A DNA stretch of 64,000 nucleotides from Takakia lepidozioides (Eukaryota; Plantae; Bryophyta): NCBI GenBank assembly GCA_030704615.1, contig CM060731.1, positions 46,872,001 through 46,936,000 on the forward strand. Direction: 5' to 3'. Below are positions 1 to 11,830 of this stretch, piece after piece. The notes beneath the pieces were generated by a model that was not told the origin of the DNA, made no database searches, and saw only the letters and a list, made by a program, of their open reading frames with translations. A program made the translations under genes and the position numbers. Position 1 is the stretch's first letter; every line of letters starts with the position of its first letter.

Positions 1-36
1 GCCAGGGCATTCAACCCACATCTACATGGTTTCAAC

Positions 37-1609
37 GTGAACATTTTTCCCTGGTCAAAATGCATGGGAAACAAGAACGGTGAGATTTGGAGCCCACGGA
101 TAATTGCTTTGCCATACATTCCGGATCAGTACTTATTTTGCCTTTCAGAGATTGGGAACTTTTTTGGAGCCTTTTTGGGTTGTCTTGGTGTTTTTGACCC
201 CAAGATGTGCACAGCCTCATTAAGGGAGAACTCGGCATGGAGGAGGGCCACAATTGCATCTAGGGAAAATGAAAATGGTTTTTCAAAAATCGTGGTCATG
301 ATGCCAAAAGATAAGGTCTTACCAGAATTCATCAAACTCCCAATCGACAACCAGGGCAACTACTTTTCAATTAAAGTGTCCGAGAACACAACAGCCGCAA
401 CCTGCTTTTATTGTGGGATGTCAAGACACATCAGAGCAGATTGCCCAAAAGCAAAAAGGAAGAGAACAACCTACAACAACTCGATGCCTGCTGACTCTTT
501 CATTATTCAAGATAGGGCTCCAGCTTCTGATCCACACTTGGAGGTACCTCCTACTAGTGCCCCCATTCGGGAGAATGCCATCCCAATCCCAATCCCAATC
601 CCCTTCTCTTTTGGACAACTCGAGGATTCTGCTGTCAAACAAATCTCTCCCTCACCACCGGCAAAGAGGAGGAGGGAGACTCTGGACCCCATGATCTTCG
701 AAGCAACTACGACTACCACATCCACATTCTAGAAAAATAAGGGAGCACTCGTCAGGGAATTCGCTTCCGCAAGCATCCAAGGCTCATCAGGTGGGAGATG
801 GAGCAGGAAAAGAATAGAGGAAAAGCCTGCCCCAACATCCTGAAGAGGCCCCCATTGCAGCAAGCTTCCACTCCACCTCCCCGTCCATCTCCCATCGCGC
901 ACAACCCGACTATTGCCAAAATATGCGGGAAACTCTGTTCCCTCCCTTCGCTGTATCTCAAAGGATGCTCTCAACTAACCTCCAATTCTGATCCAGTGGC
1001 CACCTGCCTGACCCCTATGATCTTCCGTAGGAAACCATTTCCTGCATTTCATGTCATTGCCAGGGACAAAATGAGTTTTTCGACTCTATCTGGATAACTG
1101 TACAGGATATCCAATCATTTGTTACCAAAAGCCCTATGGACAGTGGCCCCATACCAACATTGTGTGCCAAATTGCAGGCCTACCTTCGCTCCCACCTCCC
1201 CCCCTACTCTCTTACATCTTCATCGGCAGTTATTTGGGGAGCCTATGTGGAGGCTTTCCCCCGCCTTCGCCAAGACCTCTCTCCCAACACCAACATTTTG
1301 GCCCTAATTGATGAAGAATCACTCTTTAGCAATAGCACCATGCTTCTAGGTGTTTGGGCGGATCCAGACCACTTCCATGGCCCATGCGCTCCAAGTAAGG
1401 CCCTTATCAGGGCAACGGACACTCTCATCAATGCTTTCACGATTCTACATGCAATTCTGGAAAATGAGGTGGACGAACAAAACGAGGAAATTGAAAGACA
1501 GTGGATGGTGGACTGCATCAACCCGACCTACTCCCCGTTTGGCTCCCTCTCCATATCAAGCTCCTCAGATTGGCAAGTGTCTCAATTCTCACTCAGCAAT
1601 CGCCTATAA
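37..1609 (+). pseudogene. LINE ORF1 (gag-like CCHC knuckle) with a disrupted C-terminal extension
   Basis: ORF 37-732 carries CX2CX4HX4C; coding-like sequence continues through stops and frameshifts into ORF 1136-1609. Confidence 0.65.
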
Positions 1610-2164
1610 CTTCCCAGCAGCCCTTCGAATCGACTAGTCCTCTTTGCCCAACTCAAGCCATGCTGCCCTCCCCAACGCCTACGCCTGCCCCTTCACCTCC
1701 CATCCCTGTAAGTCCACCTCCACTCTCCCCTTCAATTCCAATTCTCATCGTCTCTGTTTTTCCGGAGTCAAAAAACAAGTATAGAATTATATGTCTAAGG
1801 AACAACACCTCCTCTCTACCCGTCTTAAAGAAATACTGGAAGATTCTACCCTCTGTAGGCTACCCTCCTTCCCAAGCTGGCCTCTCCTCCATCCTTGGGT
1901 TGGATAACGTTCCTCTCGCCACCCCTGTCTCGTTCCAATCTCTATTCCAGAACTCTGCAAGATTCATTCCACTTGACGATTCTGGAAACCCACTCCATGG
2001 TATGCCAAGCCCGTTGGTACTCTTCATCCATCTTAAAGACCCCATCCACACCGCCCAACCCAACCTCTATTGGTCCCACTCTCTCAGCCCATCTCACAAA
2101 CGTACCCGGTTTCGATTCTTTTTATCCAAGCCATTACATGAGTCTATCTATTTCAATGTCTTGT

Positions 2165-5100
2165 CAAGGATGAAATCTGGGAACCAGAGAGAGCCCAATT
2201 CTGCTCCCTCCGTTGCCCCAACGACAACAACCCATTTGGCTTCCTCAACATTTATGCCCCAAATGATTCCCTAGAAAGGGCAACACTCTGGGATAAGATC
2301 TCTCTTCTCATGTCACAACAATTAGACATAAGTAGGTGGATTATTGGTGGTGACTTTAACATGGTTGAGAGAGACTGCGACAGACTAGGTAGAGGCTCAT
2401 ATCACCTTGGATCTGAAGAGGACTTCTCTTGGCACTGTTTGACCCAATCCCACAGCCTAGTTGAGCTTGAGAGGCCCTCGGATACCCTCTCTGGCTCCAG
2501 CCCCTTCTTCACCTGGTCCAACAACAGAAATATTCAAGATCTATGCATGGCCCATGTAGATAGATTCTACTCTTCTCTTTCTCTTTCCCCTTCGACCTCT
2601 CTAAGCCCTCAGGAACCAATCCCTCTAGGATTCGACCATGCCCTAGTCTGTGCAACTCTCACACTGCCCAACTCTCACCCTAGAGGGAAAGGATGTTACA
2701 AACTAAACTCTTCGCATCTTCATCTGGCTTCCTTCACTGATGCCCTCAAAAAGGCATGGCAAACCACAGCTACTATGGCTTCATGCCCGATCCTCAAATT
2801 CGAAGCCAAATTAGCAGCTACAACCAAATTAAGTCAAGAACTCAGCCGGGAAATTGTGGAGGCTCGGAAAAGAAAGCAGCAAGCCCTCAAGAAATGCCTA
2901 GGGGTCTGTCAGAAGAGAATAGAAGCTCATAGTTGCGACGCCCACACCTTCAATACCTATCTTGAAGCCCGACTTAACCTTGACAACTACAACCTGCTCC
3001 TGGAGAACAAAATGAAAATGCAGGCAGGTATTAACTAGTCTACGAAAGGTGAGAAAATGTCCAAATACTTCTTCCAAAAGATGCAGCAACGTAGGGCGAG
3101 CCAGGCAATCTCCCACCTTTACATTGACGGTCCGGGCGCCTCCTCCTCTATCCCTAGACAGATGTGTGCCTCCGAATACAATCACTTCTCTAAACTCTTC
3201 CAAGCGGATTCAAAGGATACTCTCTACCCTGATAAACTTAGAGATTTCCTCCATTGTATCCCCCGAACTCTTCAGCCTCAGGACACCTCCGAGTTAGAAG
3301 CTGACCTGTCCTTGCAAGAGCTAGAGAGAGCACTTAAAGCCCTGAACAACAACAAAGCGCCGGGGATTGATGGAATGACAGTAGAATTTTACAAGGCATT
3401 GTGGTCAACCATCTCCACTGACTTCTGTGACATGGCCAATGCCATCAAAGCAAAGTGTTTCATGCCTGTCTCTTTGACTCAGGGGATCATTACTCTTATC
3501 CATGAGAAAGGGGACAGAGCTAACATTGGCAACTACAGACCTATTACTTTGCTAAATGTGGCATACAAAATTATCGCTAAGGCCCTGGCCCTTCGCATTC
3601 AACCTCTTCTCCCTTCCATGATCAGACCTGGTCAGGCAGGTTTTGTTAAGGGCAGATACGTACTCGACAATGTGCTATTAGCTCAAGAAACAAACAATTA
3701 TGCATCCAACACTGGTCAAGCTCTAGCCCTCTGGCTCCTAGACTTTGAAGAGGCTTTTGATAAAGTCGACTGGTCCTTCCTGCTGGCAGTCCTACAGAAA
3801 GCAGGCCTCCCTCCCTATTTCTACAAATGGGTGCACATTCTCTTGTAAGGAGCGACCAGTAGAGTCACCATAAATGGATACCTGTCAAAGCCTTTTCAGC
3901 TACAAAGATCGGTCAGACATGGATGCCTGCTTGCGCCATTCCTCTTCCTGTTTGTTGCAGACGCCCTTGGCTATATGCTTCAAAGCAATCCCTTGGTGAA
4001 AGGTTTGAAACTGCAGAACCCCAAAACTGGACATTGGAATGAGGTCAAAGATTCAGGCAGACCACCCCTCTCTTGCTGCAGCTCAAAATACCCTAGCTCA
4101 CTTCTGTGATATCTCAGGGTTCAAGGTCAACTGGTCAAAATCTAAAGCCCTGCTACTTGGAGACCTCTCTAAATCCACCATAGGAGCCTCCCCCACTTGG
4201 GGACAACACCTTGGTCTGACATGGCTTAGAGATGGTGAGACCACCACCTTGCTAGGGCATACTTTTGGGATCAACCTGACAGAGGAGCAACGTACGGGCC
4301 CCACTATTCAAAAATTGAAACGCCAGCTTGCTTACTGGGGGTCTTGCCACCTCTCTATTACGGATAGAGCGTTGGTGGCAAACCAAGTTCTACTTGCTGG
4401 GGTTTGGTACTTTGGGGAAGAAATCAAGAGACTGATACGTAACTTCATCTGGGGCTCCGCATCCCCTTCTCAGAACAAAAGACCTCAAGTATCCTGGGCC
4501 CAGATCTACCTCCCTAAAAAGATGGGAGGACTAGGAGTTTTAGACCTAGAGAGCTCAAGTTAAGGCGCTTCTTGGGAAATGGATACCCAGATATCTGGGG
4601 CCTGAGAGGCTGGTGGAAGCTAATGGTAGCAAACACTATCTACTCCTCCTCCCCAACGCAACGGGTTCTATGGCCACAATCCAGTAGATGGATTGTCCAA
4701 GGATTCAATCACAAATCACTAGGCTCTCATCTTTGGTCCTCCATCTGGAAATCCTGGAATTGCCTCAGACATTTTTTGGTAAAAAAAGAGCCATCTTCTT
4801 TCCATGAAACCTTTAGACAACACCTGTTCCTTAATGACCCTAACCCATCAGTGGCTGACTGGGGTTTTGCAAAAAGATGGGCTGCATGGGAAACTAGAGG
4901 CTTCTCCACAATTAAACACCTTTGGGACAGCTCCCCTCAATCCCTAAGAGGGGCTCTAGGTGCAAATCGTCTCCATTCGGGGATACCTCTCATCATCCAA
5001 TCAATCCATGATACCTGGAAACTTATACTCAAAGATGGTCCGGACCCCCACAGACCACATCAATGGATTCTTCCACAAAGTCCATCTTTACAAGTCATCT

Positions 5101-6165
5101 ATGTTTCTGAAGTCTTTCCATCTACGATCTCTGGATATAGATTTCAGGCTCATGAACTTTCTGGCAGCCTCTCCCTTACTAGCTCAGACATCATCTCAAT
5201 TCCAAATCAGGAAGCCATCCATGCTAGAATATGTCACTGGTCTTCACCGGAAAAAAAATTTAAACCTTTTGTCCCGGGGGGCATTCCCCTGTTAACTTGG
5301 CTCATGAAAGAATTTTTCCATCTGGTCGGAAACTCGGGCATTGCATCTTTGCAGTTAGACCCTACCGAGTGGCAGTGGACAATCAATGGCGAGATTCATC
5401 CTCTCTTCTCATACTCAGCTCGGCGGGGTTACAGAGCCTTACTTCGAGCCAGACCTCTCACCACAAAATGGGAGGGCAAATGGAGTCATGAGAACTTCAG
5501 CGAGAAAAATTGGAAGGGCATCTGGTCAGTAGTTTGGGAGAAGAAAAAAACCTGCCAAGATAAGTGCCTTTCTGTGGCAGTTAGCCAATTGAGTCCTCAA
5601 GGTGGGCCGATACATTAATTTAAACTTCAATGCTGCTACCCTTTGTGGATGTTGTGCTGACCAAGCAGATGAATCCATGGAGCATTGTCTCCTCCAATGC
5701 TTAGCACCGAAGACCATCTGGCCCTTGGTCCAAGCATTCTACAAAACCTGGGAGCCCTTCAACCTTTGTTCCTTGAAAATCCTCCTCAACTACAATCAAA
5801 CAAAGAAAACAAAAGCTCTGGACTGCCCGGTTTTTGAAGTGCTAAGATACTCAGTTCTCTGGAACATATGGAAGGGACGATGTGCATGGATCTACAACAA
5901 GGAAAATACATCCGCAACTGCTATTTTGACTCTAGTCTTCTTTGATCTAAAAGTAGCAGCTAAAAAAGAGTGGGCTTCTTTGTGTGCAGAGGCTGCCAGG
6001 AAACCTGAGCGCCAGCCTGCACTACTCCATGTCTTCCAGACAACTTGGGCCCACCTCGGAATCGTTTGTCGCTGCACTTATGATCTCACCTGTATTTGGA
6101 CAGAGAACATCCCCTCCTACTGGGAAGGACACAGAGGCTTGCTCTTCAGCATCCCCATAATTTGA
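2165..6165 (+). pseudogene. LINE ORF2 (APE endonuclease, reverse transcriptase, zinc finger), inactivated
   Basis: Consecutive ORF pieces 2310-3038, 3057-3848, 4039-4563, 4572-5618, 5602-6165; premature stops at ~3036 and ~3846; the catalytic (Y/F)ADD segment is missing near 4040-4060. Confidence 0.9.
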
Positions 6166-6689
6166 AAGATCGGAGGTCAACTGGAAGCATATCAGGTCCT
6201 CCTCAGCGGCGCGCCTCCACTTCCACTGTTAGATTTCTTATTTATCTGCTCTACTCCCGTCTCCCAGCTTAGCCCACTCTGGTCTCTCTCAGTCCTACTT
6301 GCTCCTTCTTCACCATACCCTCTCGCTGTCACCCCGTTCCGTCGCACCCCCGATCCAACCTCTGCCAAGCTATCTTAGGGCTGGTGTCTTCTTCTAACCT
6401 CCCACTTGCAAAATTACACTCTTACTACCTCAATGCTACACTCCACCTGCATGAACATTTTGCCGAGTGCTGGACTCTCTCCACACTTGGAGTTTCTTGT
6501 GATTTAATCACGACTAATGGTGTCTTCTTTACTGTTCTAGTTACAGGTCATAGCTCTTTGTTATCTGGCACGACCTCCCGTGTGACATGCCCTATGGCTT
6601 TGGCAACCGAGGGTTTTAACTTTTTTCCCTCCAATAATTATAAATAAAGTTCGTGCAGGGCCTCAATCGCCTCTCATTTCAAGATAATA

Positions 6690-7060
6690 GGGTCTTCAAT
6701 GGGCACGTGCGATGTGGCCGGTGGGCCCCGCGCACGGACGCCCGGCTCCCCAGCGCCCCGCCCGCCCCGCCCCGCCCGCCGCTGCGCACGGTCGCCCAGC
6801 CGCGGGCGCGGCTGCAGCAACCGCGCCCGCGCCCCCGTCCGCCGCGCGGCCAGTCCCCCGCCCATGAGTCCGCTGCCCTCCAGTCTGCCAGTCCGCTGCT
6901 GGCCAGTCCGCTGGCCAGTCCCCTGCCATCCAGTCCGTTGACGGCGCAGGATCGCCACCGTCCATTCCCATAACCCATCCGAGCCCTCCTTTTTAGGGCT
7001 GCAATTCAAACCTGCATCCCTGCCGCCTGCCACTTGCCAGCAGCCGCGAACGTGCGCTGT
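6690..7060. other. Sharply bounded GC/CpG-rich patch with CCAGTCCGCTG-like microrepeats
   Basis: Nearly all G/C over ~6700-6960 in an otherwise much more AT-rich background; repeated CCAGTC(C/T)G units at ~6850-6940. Confidence 0.8.
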
Positions 7061-7144
7061 TCTCCTGGCACGTTGTAGATCGTGTCCTGTACTGTGGCGC
7101 GTTTCTTACATGTTCAGAAGCGTGTCATTTGTACTGTATAGGGC

Positions 7145-7950
7145 ATGGACGTGGAGGCAAAACCCGATGATATACTGATCACGGAAAGCCCGCTTATACG
7201 GCCTCTTCGACAATGTTTGCAAACAGCAAAACCAAGACCCTTCAACAGGAAGGATCTCCATTGGAAGAGTGAGACGCAATATGGGTTTATGGGTGTGCGA
7301 GTGAATGTTGAAAATGCCTGCATACCTTGGGATAGAGTTGGTGACTTCGTCCTGGGAGAGGAGAGTTTGGAGGACTACCCCACTCAGTTTTGGGTGAATG
7401 TCCATTCTAAAGTGGAACCCGGCTCGCGAAAAGCACCCAGAGCCAACACATTTCTGTCCAGTATTATGTGTGCACCATCCTCAGTCCTTTTGACGTTTCA
7501 TTGCATGTCTGTTGCTATTTTTTTGTTTCACGAGTTCTCTGATTTTATGCTTCCTCAAGTCGTTGGATATCTATTTTAGAATTTTCTGTCCAGGTATCAA
7601 TGCTGCTACGGTCCTGATGACAAGCGCACCAACAAGGCAATAGTGGAGGATCCAAAATAGAAGCATGGAGGACCTCTTGTGGGTGCTGGAACATCTTGCC
7701 CTCATAAAGGCCCAAGGAGAAAGAAGTCGGAGTATGGAGAGTCTTACAAACGTGGTTGCCAATGCTGTTTCAAGGTCCAGCAATGCTATCTCGCCCCTGA
7801 CATTTGTGTCCTCACGCACTACAACAACATGGAGCATACAGATGCGCAAGGGAAACCCTCGCATGGGAAGTCCGCAGAGTTCATGAACACCCGCCACGCC
7901 TATGCACCACACATTAGCGAGGAATTGAAAACCTGGGTCGTCGATCGTGG
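7145..7950 (+). pseudogene. Truncated SWIM-zinc-finger/MULE-transposase-related gene (At4g13970/At1g60560-like N-terminus)
   Basis: Exon 7145-7467 (IPWDRVGDFVLGE..PTQF) joins via a GT-AG intron (7468-7593) to YQCCYGPDD..KRGCQCCF..YNNMEH..HG..APHISEEL, matching the family pattern IPY.RV.DF..GE, YWCSFGPDD, KRGC.CHF, AP.ISE.L as recalled. In-frame TAG near 7658; no downstream DDE/SWIM region seen. Confidence 0.75.
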
Positions 7951-9539
7951 AAGACACCGAGATTGAAGCTAAGTACAAAGACACTACGAAGAGCATAGAT
8001 TTTAGAATTTGTGGCCAACCAGCCATAAAAGGGGTACCTAAGTCAATCGGTTACTTAATGTGTGGGTACTTGGGGACTTTCGACTCTTTGGGGGTGGGTT
8101 GGGGAACAGCGTTGCCCTGATTATAGCCGTTAGAAGGTGTCCACTTTCCAAATGGAAGGCAGTGGCCCGTTTGGGTGGAGAGCTTGAGTGACTGGCCTGA
8201 AACCTTAGATTATCTAGCATGTTGTCAATTTCCAAGGGGAGGATTTTAGTGGGTTCAGGAGAGCTGTGAGTTATGTGTCTAAGCACCAAAGGTTTCCGAC
8301 CACCACCCTACCTCGTAGCCAGATGCATCTGATATGATCCATTTTTCATAATAATGGCTGATATGTGTTGGCAAGGTCCATCGCTTCGAAGCCTCAGACT
8401 CACAAAAAATGCCTCACACCCTCATATTGTTCAACATCTATGGAAATTCGGTATGATACTTTTACCCGGTTTGGGAGGCCCTACGAGACCACACCCTCTA
8501 GCAATTATGGAAAAGTAGATGTTCAATGGTGTTTGATGATTTGGTACCTAATGTTTGAAGGGTTTTATTTAGGGTTTACTCGTACCTCATGTCTAAGGCT
8601 AGAAAGGCCGGGGTATATGTGCAACCTTACTCAAATGCGGGGACCGTAGAAGATCACAATTGTCAATGCTTTTGACTTTTCGCGGGGTAGAGGTCACGTC
8701 ATATGTAGGAGGATTTTGGACTCAAGAGTAGAATGGAACAACTCCCTAATCCCTACATGCTGGCAGTTCTTTTAGTGCAAGGCGTTGAATCACCTGTGGA
8801 TGGTGATGAGTCTGAGGTGAATTGATGGCACAGTAGGAGCTTTAGGAAGGGAATTTCGAAGACACGGCTTTCATATGATCAGCCTAAGTACAAGAGGGAT
8901 AGTTTTTATGACCCCAATTCTGTTTTCTGGCTTCCCTCCACTTATATTTCTTTTGTTCTCTGGGCCACGGGGTAGTATTCCCACCTCTGCCTTCATGGCT
9001 TCACGCCAGGTTACTTTTTTCCTGGTTTGTAATTCCCTTTTCTATCAATAAAGTAAACAGAATTTTCCAAAATAAAAATTGTTAAGTATTTTAATAATCT
9101 TGTTTTAACAGGATAAAGATAGAGATCTTTGCAATCATTTTTGAATAAAAATAAATAGGGCCTTGTAAAAGTCATGAGGCATACAAAGATGGATCTTCCT
9201 CGATAGCAACACATTGCGATGAAAAATTGGGCTAGGGAAAAAAAAAAAACGCTTGCACTTAACAAATGATAAGCGTTTGAGCCGTCTTAGCTATATACAA
9301 ATATTGTGGAAGAGAGAAATAGACTCTTGGAGCTTTTGATAAATTCTCTTGGGGCTAAAAAACGGATTCCTTCGCCGCACGTCTGTCGACGATGAATTTC
9401 CCATCAGATGGGTTTTCTTCACCAAGTATAAAGACCTAAAAGTAAATTTAAAATAAAGTCATAGCCAACAAACTTTGTTGCAAACCGTGACTTTTACATA
9501 TGCATGTTTTGTAGATTTATGCATAGTCGGGTCCTCATT

Positions 9540-10540
9540 CTAGTCTATCATATTGTCTACCGACTACAAAATAAACAAATAAAAATCATTGATCCACGGA
9601 GAGACACGCCTGCCAAAGTAGGGCATTCACACACATTTAATGCGAGACCAAACTACTCATACAAGAATCCCGCACCTACAGAAATTCCTACATATCTAAG
9701 TGGGTCTCGTCCCCGCACCTACTACATAGTCTATCCAATAATATTTGGACATCCCCCAAGGTTACTGATGCACAAATCAAACAAACTCTGAAATTTCAGT
9801 ATGGTCAATACATGGTCAATACATGGGCAATCAACGACGGAACTTGTTATGGCCATTATTAATATACCCTAATAAACACTGCATGTTATGTCCATCCCAA
9901 AATCCCCAAATAGACAGATGGCCACACTTACTTATCAACTGCAACCACCCCATAAATCATGGGTTGTGGGTAACTAGACATAACCAAGGGGTTAGACAAC
10001 TTCACAAAATTCTCACTTCACATCCGAAATCCAGATGGTTTAACCTCATCAATGTAGGCCCATTCCAAGGTCGCCCACCGGCCCACACTATACCGCCATG
10101 GCTACTACCGTGTGTATGTTCCCCAAGGGCACCCGTGCTTTTGCCCTTCAAGGCTATGCCCAGATATTTTGCTAGTCCAGGGACTTCATGTACTGCCGAC
10201 GGAACCGCTTCCATCTCTCAAAATATATTTTTTGGAATTTACATTCTGTAATAATCGAAATCCAGATCAATCAATTATGTACAAACATGAAAAATATGAC
10301 CCAATCATACATGCCCTTTGTTAGCGAGGTTGGAACACGGCACCTTTGACCGTCATCACTGTGGGTGTTAGGGGCAGTGCTCATACCCATAATATCCAAG
10401 GTTTGAAAGATAATCTCAACCTACCACCCACATACATTACACCTCTGTTATGAGCCTTGCACTTCACAGCTATTACATCACTCACATCCCTAATCCTCAA
10501 TAAACGTCAGATTGAAAGTGGCTAGCTAGTTGTTGCGATG
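9540..10540 (+). mobile_element. 3' fragment of an RLE-encoding non-LTR retrotransposon (Dualen/RandI-like)
   Basis: Across frames: AQIKQTLKFQYGQYMGN, CMLC..(x10)..HLLINC, RHN, PDILLV, LEFTFC, KHEKY, ITVGVRG. This is the CCHC-RH-PD-E-K..KY-G.RG order of R2-type restriction-like endonucleases. Frameshifted by an 11-bp duplication near 9802-9825. Confidence 0.78.
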
Positions 10541-10629
10541 GTTGCATTGCAAGGTTTTCAGAATGGGAGGTCGTGGACATCGCTAATTCTATATTAATTT
10601 GGATGATTCCGACCAAAGCCGGCGTAACT

Positions 10630-10900
10630 CTACAGAAGAATATCTAAAGAATATGTTATGGCGAAATGAAAACATGCTCACGATAGAAAAAATTATGAAA
10701 CTGTTGCAAATTTGTCCTCATTTCTTATTATTACCATCATACTTCATTGCGTAAGATATCCATCTGGGGAAAAGAATGGAAATGACTTCGCCAACAATTT
10801 TTTTTAAAATTTTAATTTTTCTTTCTGGCTAACATCCACAATCTCAAAATAGATGTGATATATTGAGTTTATCATTCGCTAGCGAAATACTCTCATTTGT
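10630..10900. mobile_element. Fragment related to the arms of the long-TIR element at 49071-51696
   Basis: GGCGAAATGAAAACATGCTCA resembles AGCGAAACTAAAACATGCTCA at ~50950; shares the TTCGYYRGCGAAAT palindromic motif. Confidence 0.45.
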
Positions 10901-11499
10901 GATTCTATAATATTAAAACTATTACATACTGTTTTGTTTTATCACGGCACTATGAGGGTTTTAACTTTTTTTTCCAGATATAATTCCACTTATTATTTTT
11001 ATATATTGGTTATTCTTAAAAATAACAATATCAACAAATTCATCATAGACCACGTAACTAAACCTATTGACACATCAGTACCCCTATGACTTGTATTTCC
11101 ATATGAAGAAAGGAGAAAAATAACTCTGTAAGCATAAATTATAGGGTCCGAAAGACTGACTATGGCCTTCTCTTCAAAGGTGGAGTCGTTGAATCCTACA
11201 TCACCTAAGTTATGTAGAGGCAATGCTCAATCACTCACCATGGCTACCTTTCTTTTGCAAACATATTATTCTTTATAACTGCGGATCCTGCAACTTGGGC
11301 TTTTTTTTTCTGATCACTCCAGCTTGCGCTAACACAATACCAACACAATACCAACCCAATTTGTTTTTTTTTTGTTTTTTAATAACAGGGAACTGAGGCC
11401 CTGGTTATTTTATTCAATTTCAAAAGGCAGAACCGAAGGTTCGAGAGGTACAAGAGGAAAAACCCAATTACAACTTAGGGTGCTTAACTTAGGGCGCAA

Positions 11500-11830
11500 C
11501 CAAGACTCACACTTCCTCAATAGTCTTTTGATTTTCTTGTATTTTCTTTGCCAGGTATGTAGAGGCAAAATACCAAATCCCTACCATCACACACATGGTT
11601 GGCAGTTAAGGCCCTTCCGGTGATTGAGAGGAGTGTTGAGCCGCGGCATGTAAGTTCATCCTTCAATTTTGTCAAAGAGGTGAAAGAGGGGGCGAATCGG
11701 CGGCGAAGGTATATCCTAGCAATGTGCTACACCCATTCTGCAACCTAGCCTGGTGGGATCCAACTGAGATGTCCCACTAACAAAGCTTGATTTTGAAAAA
11801 CTTTGTTATAAGGATTAACAAAATACCTAA
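11500..11830 (-). mobile_element. L1-type ORF2 fragment related to the LINE at 1-6647
   Basis: Reverse-strand translation STLLGYTF..LTKLKDELTCRGSTLLSITGRALTANHV..GIWYFA parallels TTLLGHTF..IQKLKRQLAYWGSCHLSITDRALVANQV..GVWYF in ORF 4039-4563. Confidence 0.75.

Larger units (their letters stand above)
1..6647 (+). mobile_element. Decayed L1/Tx1-like LINE retrotransposon (5' end outside window)
   Basis: ORF1 zinc knuckle CFYCGMSRHIRADC; AP-endonuclease motifs NIYAPN, GGDFN, FDH; RT motifs KAPGIDG, NYRPITLLN, QAGFVKGR, LDFEEAFD, RHGCLLAP; C-terminal CGCC..H...C (zf-RVT-like); pyrimidine-rich 3' UTR ending in an A-rich tail near 6632-6647. Several stops and frameshifts. Confidence 0.93.

Noticed and set aside
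6653-7033. Overlapping Pro/Arg/Gly/Ala-rich ORFs on both strands
   Set aside because: Expected from stop-codon scarcity in very GC-rich DNA; no domain motifs.
8040-9050. Possible additional decayed L1 3' region
   Set aside because: Only faint hints (VQHLWKF, tail-like end); not enough to call.
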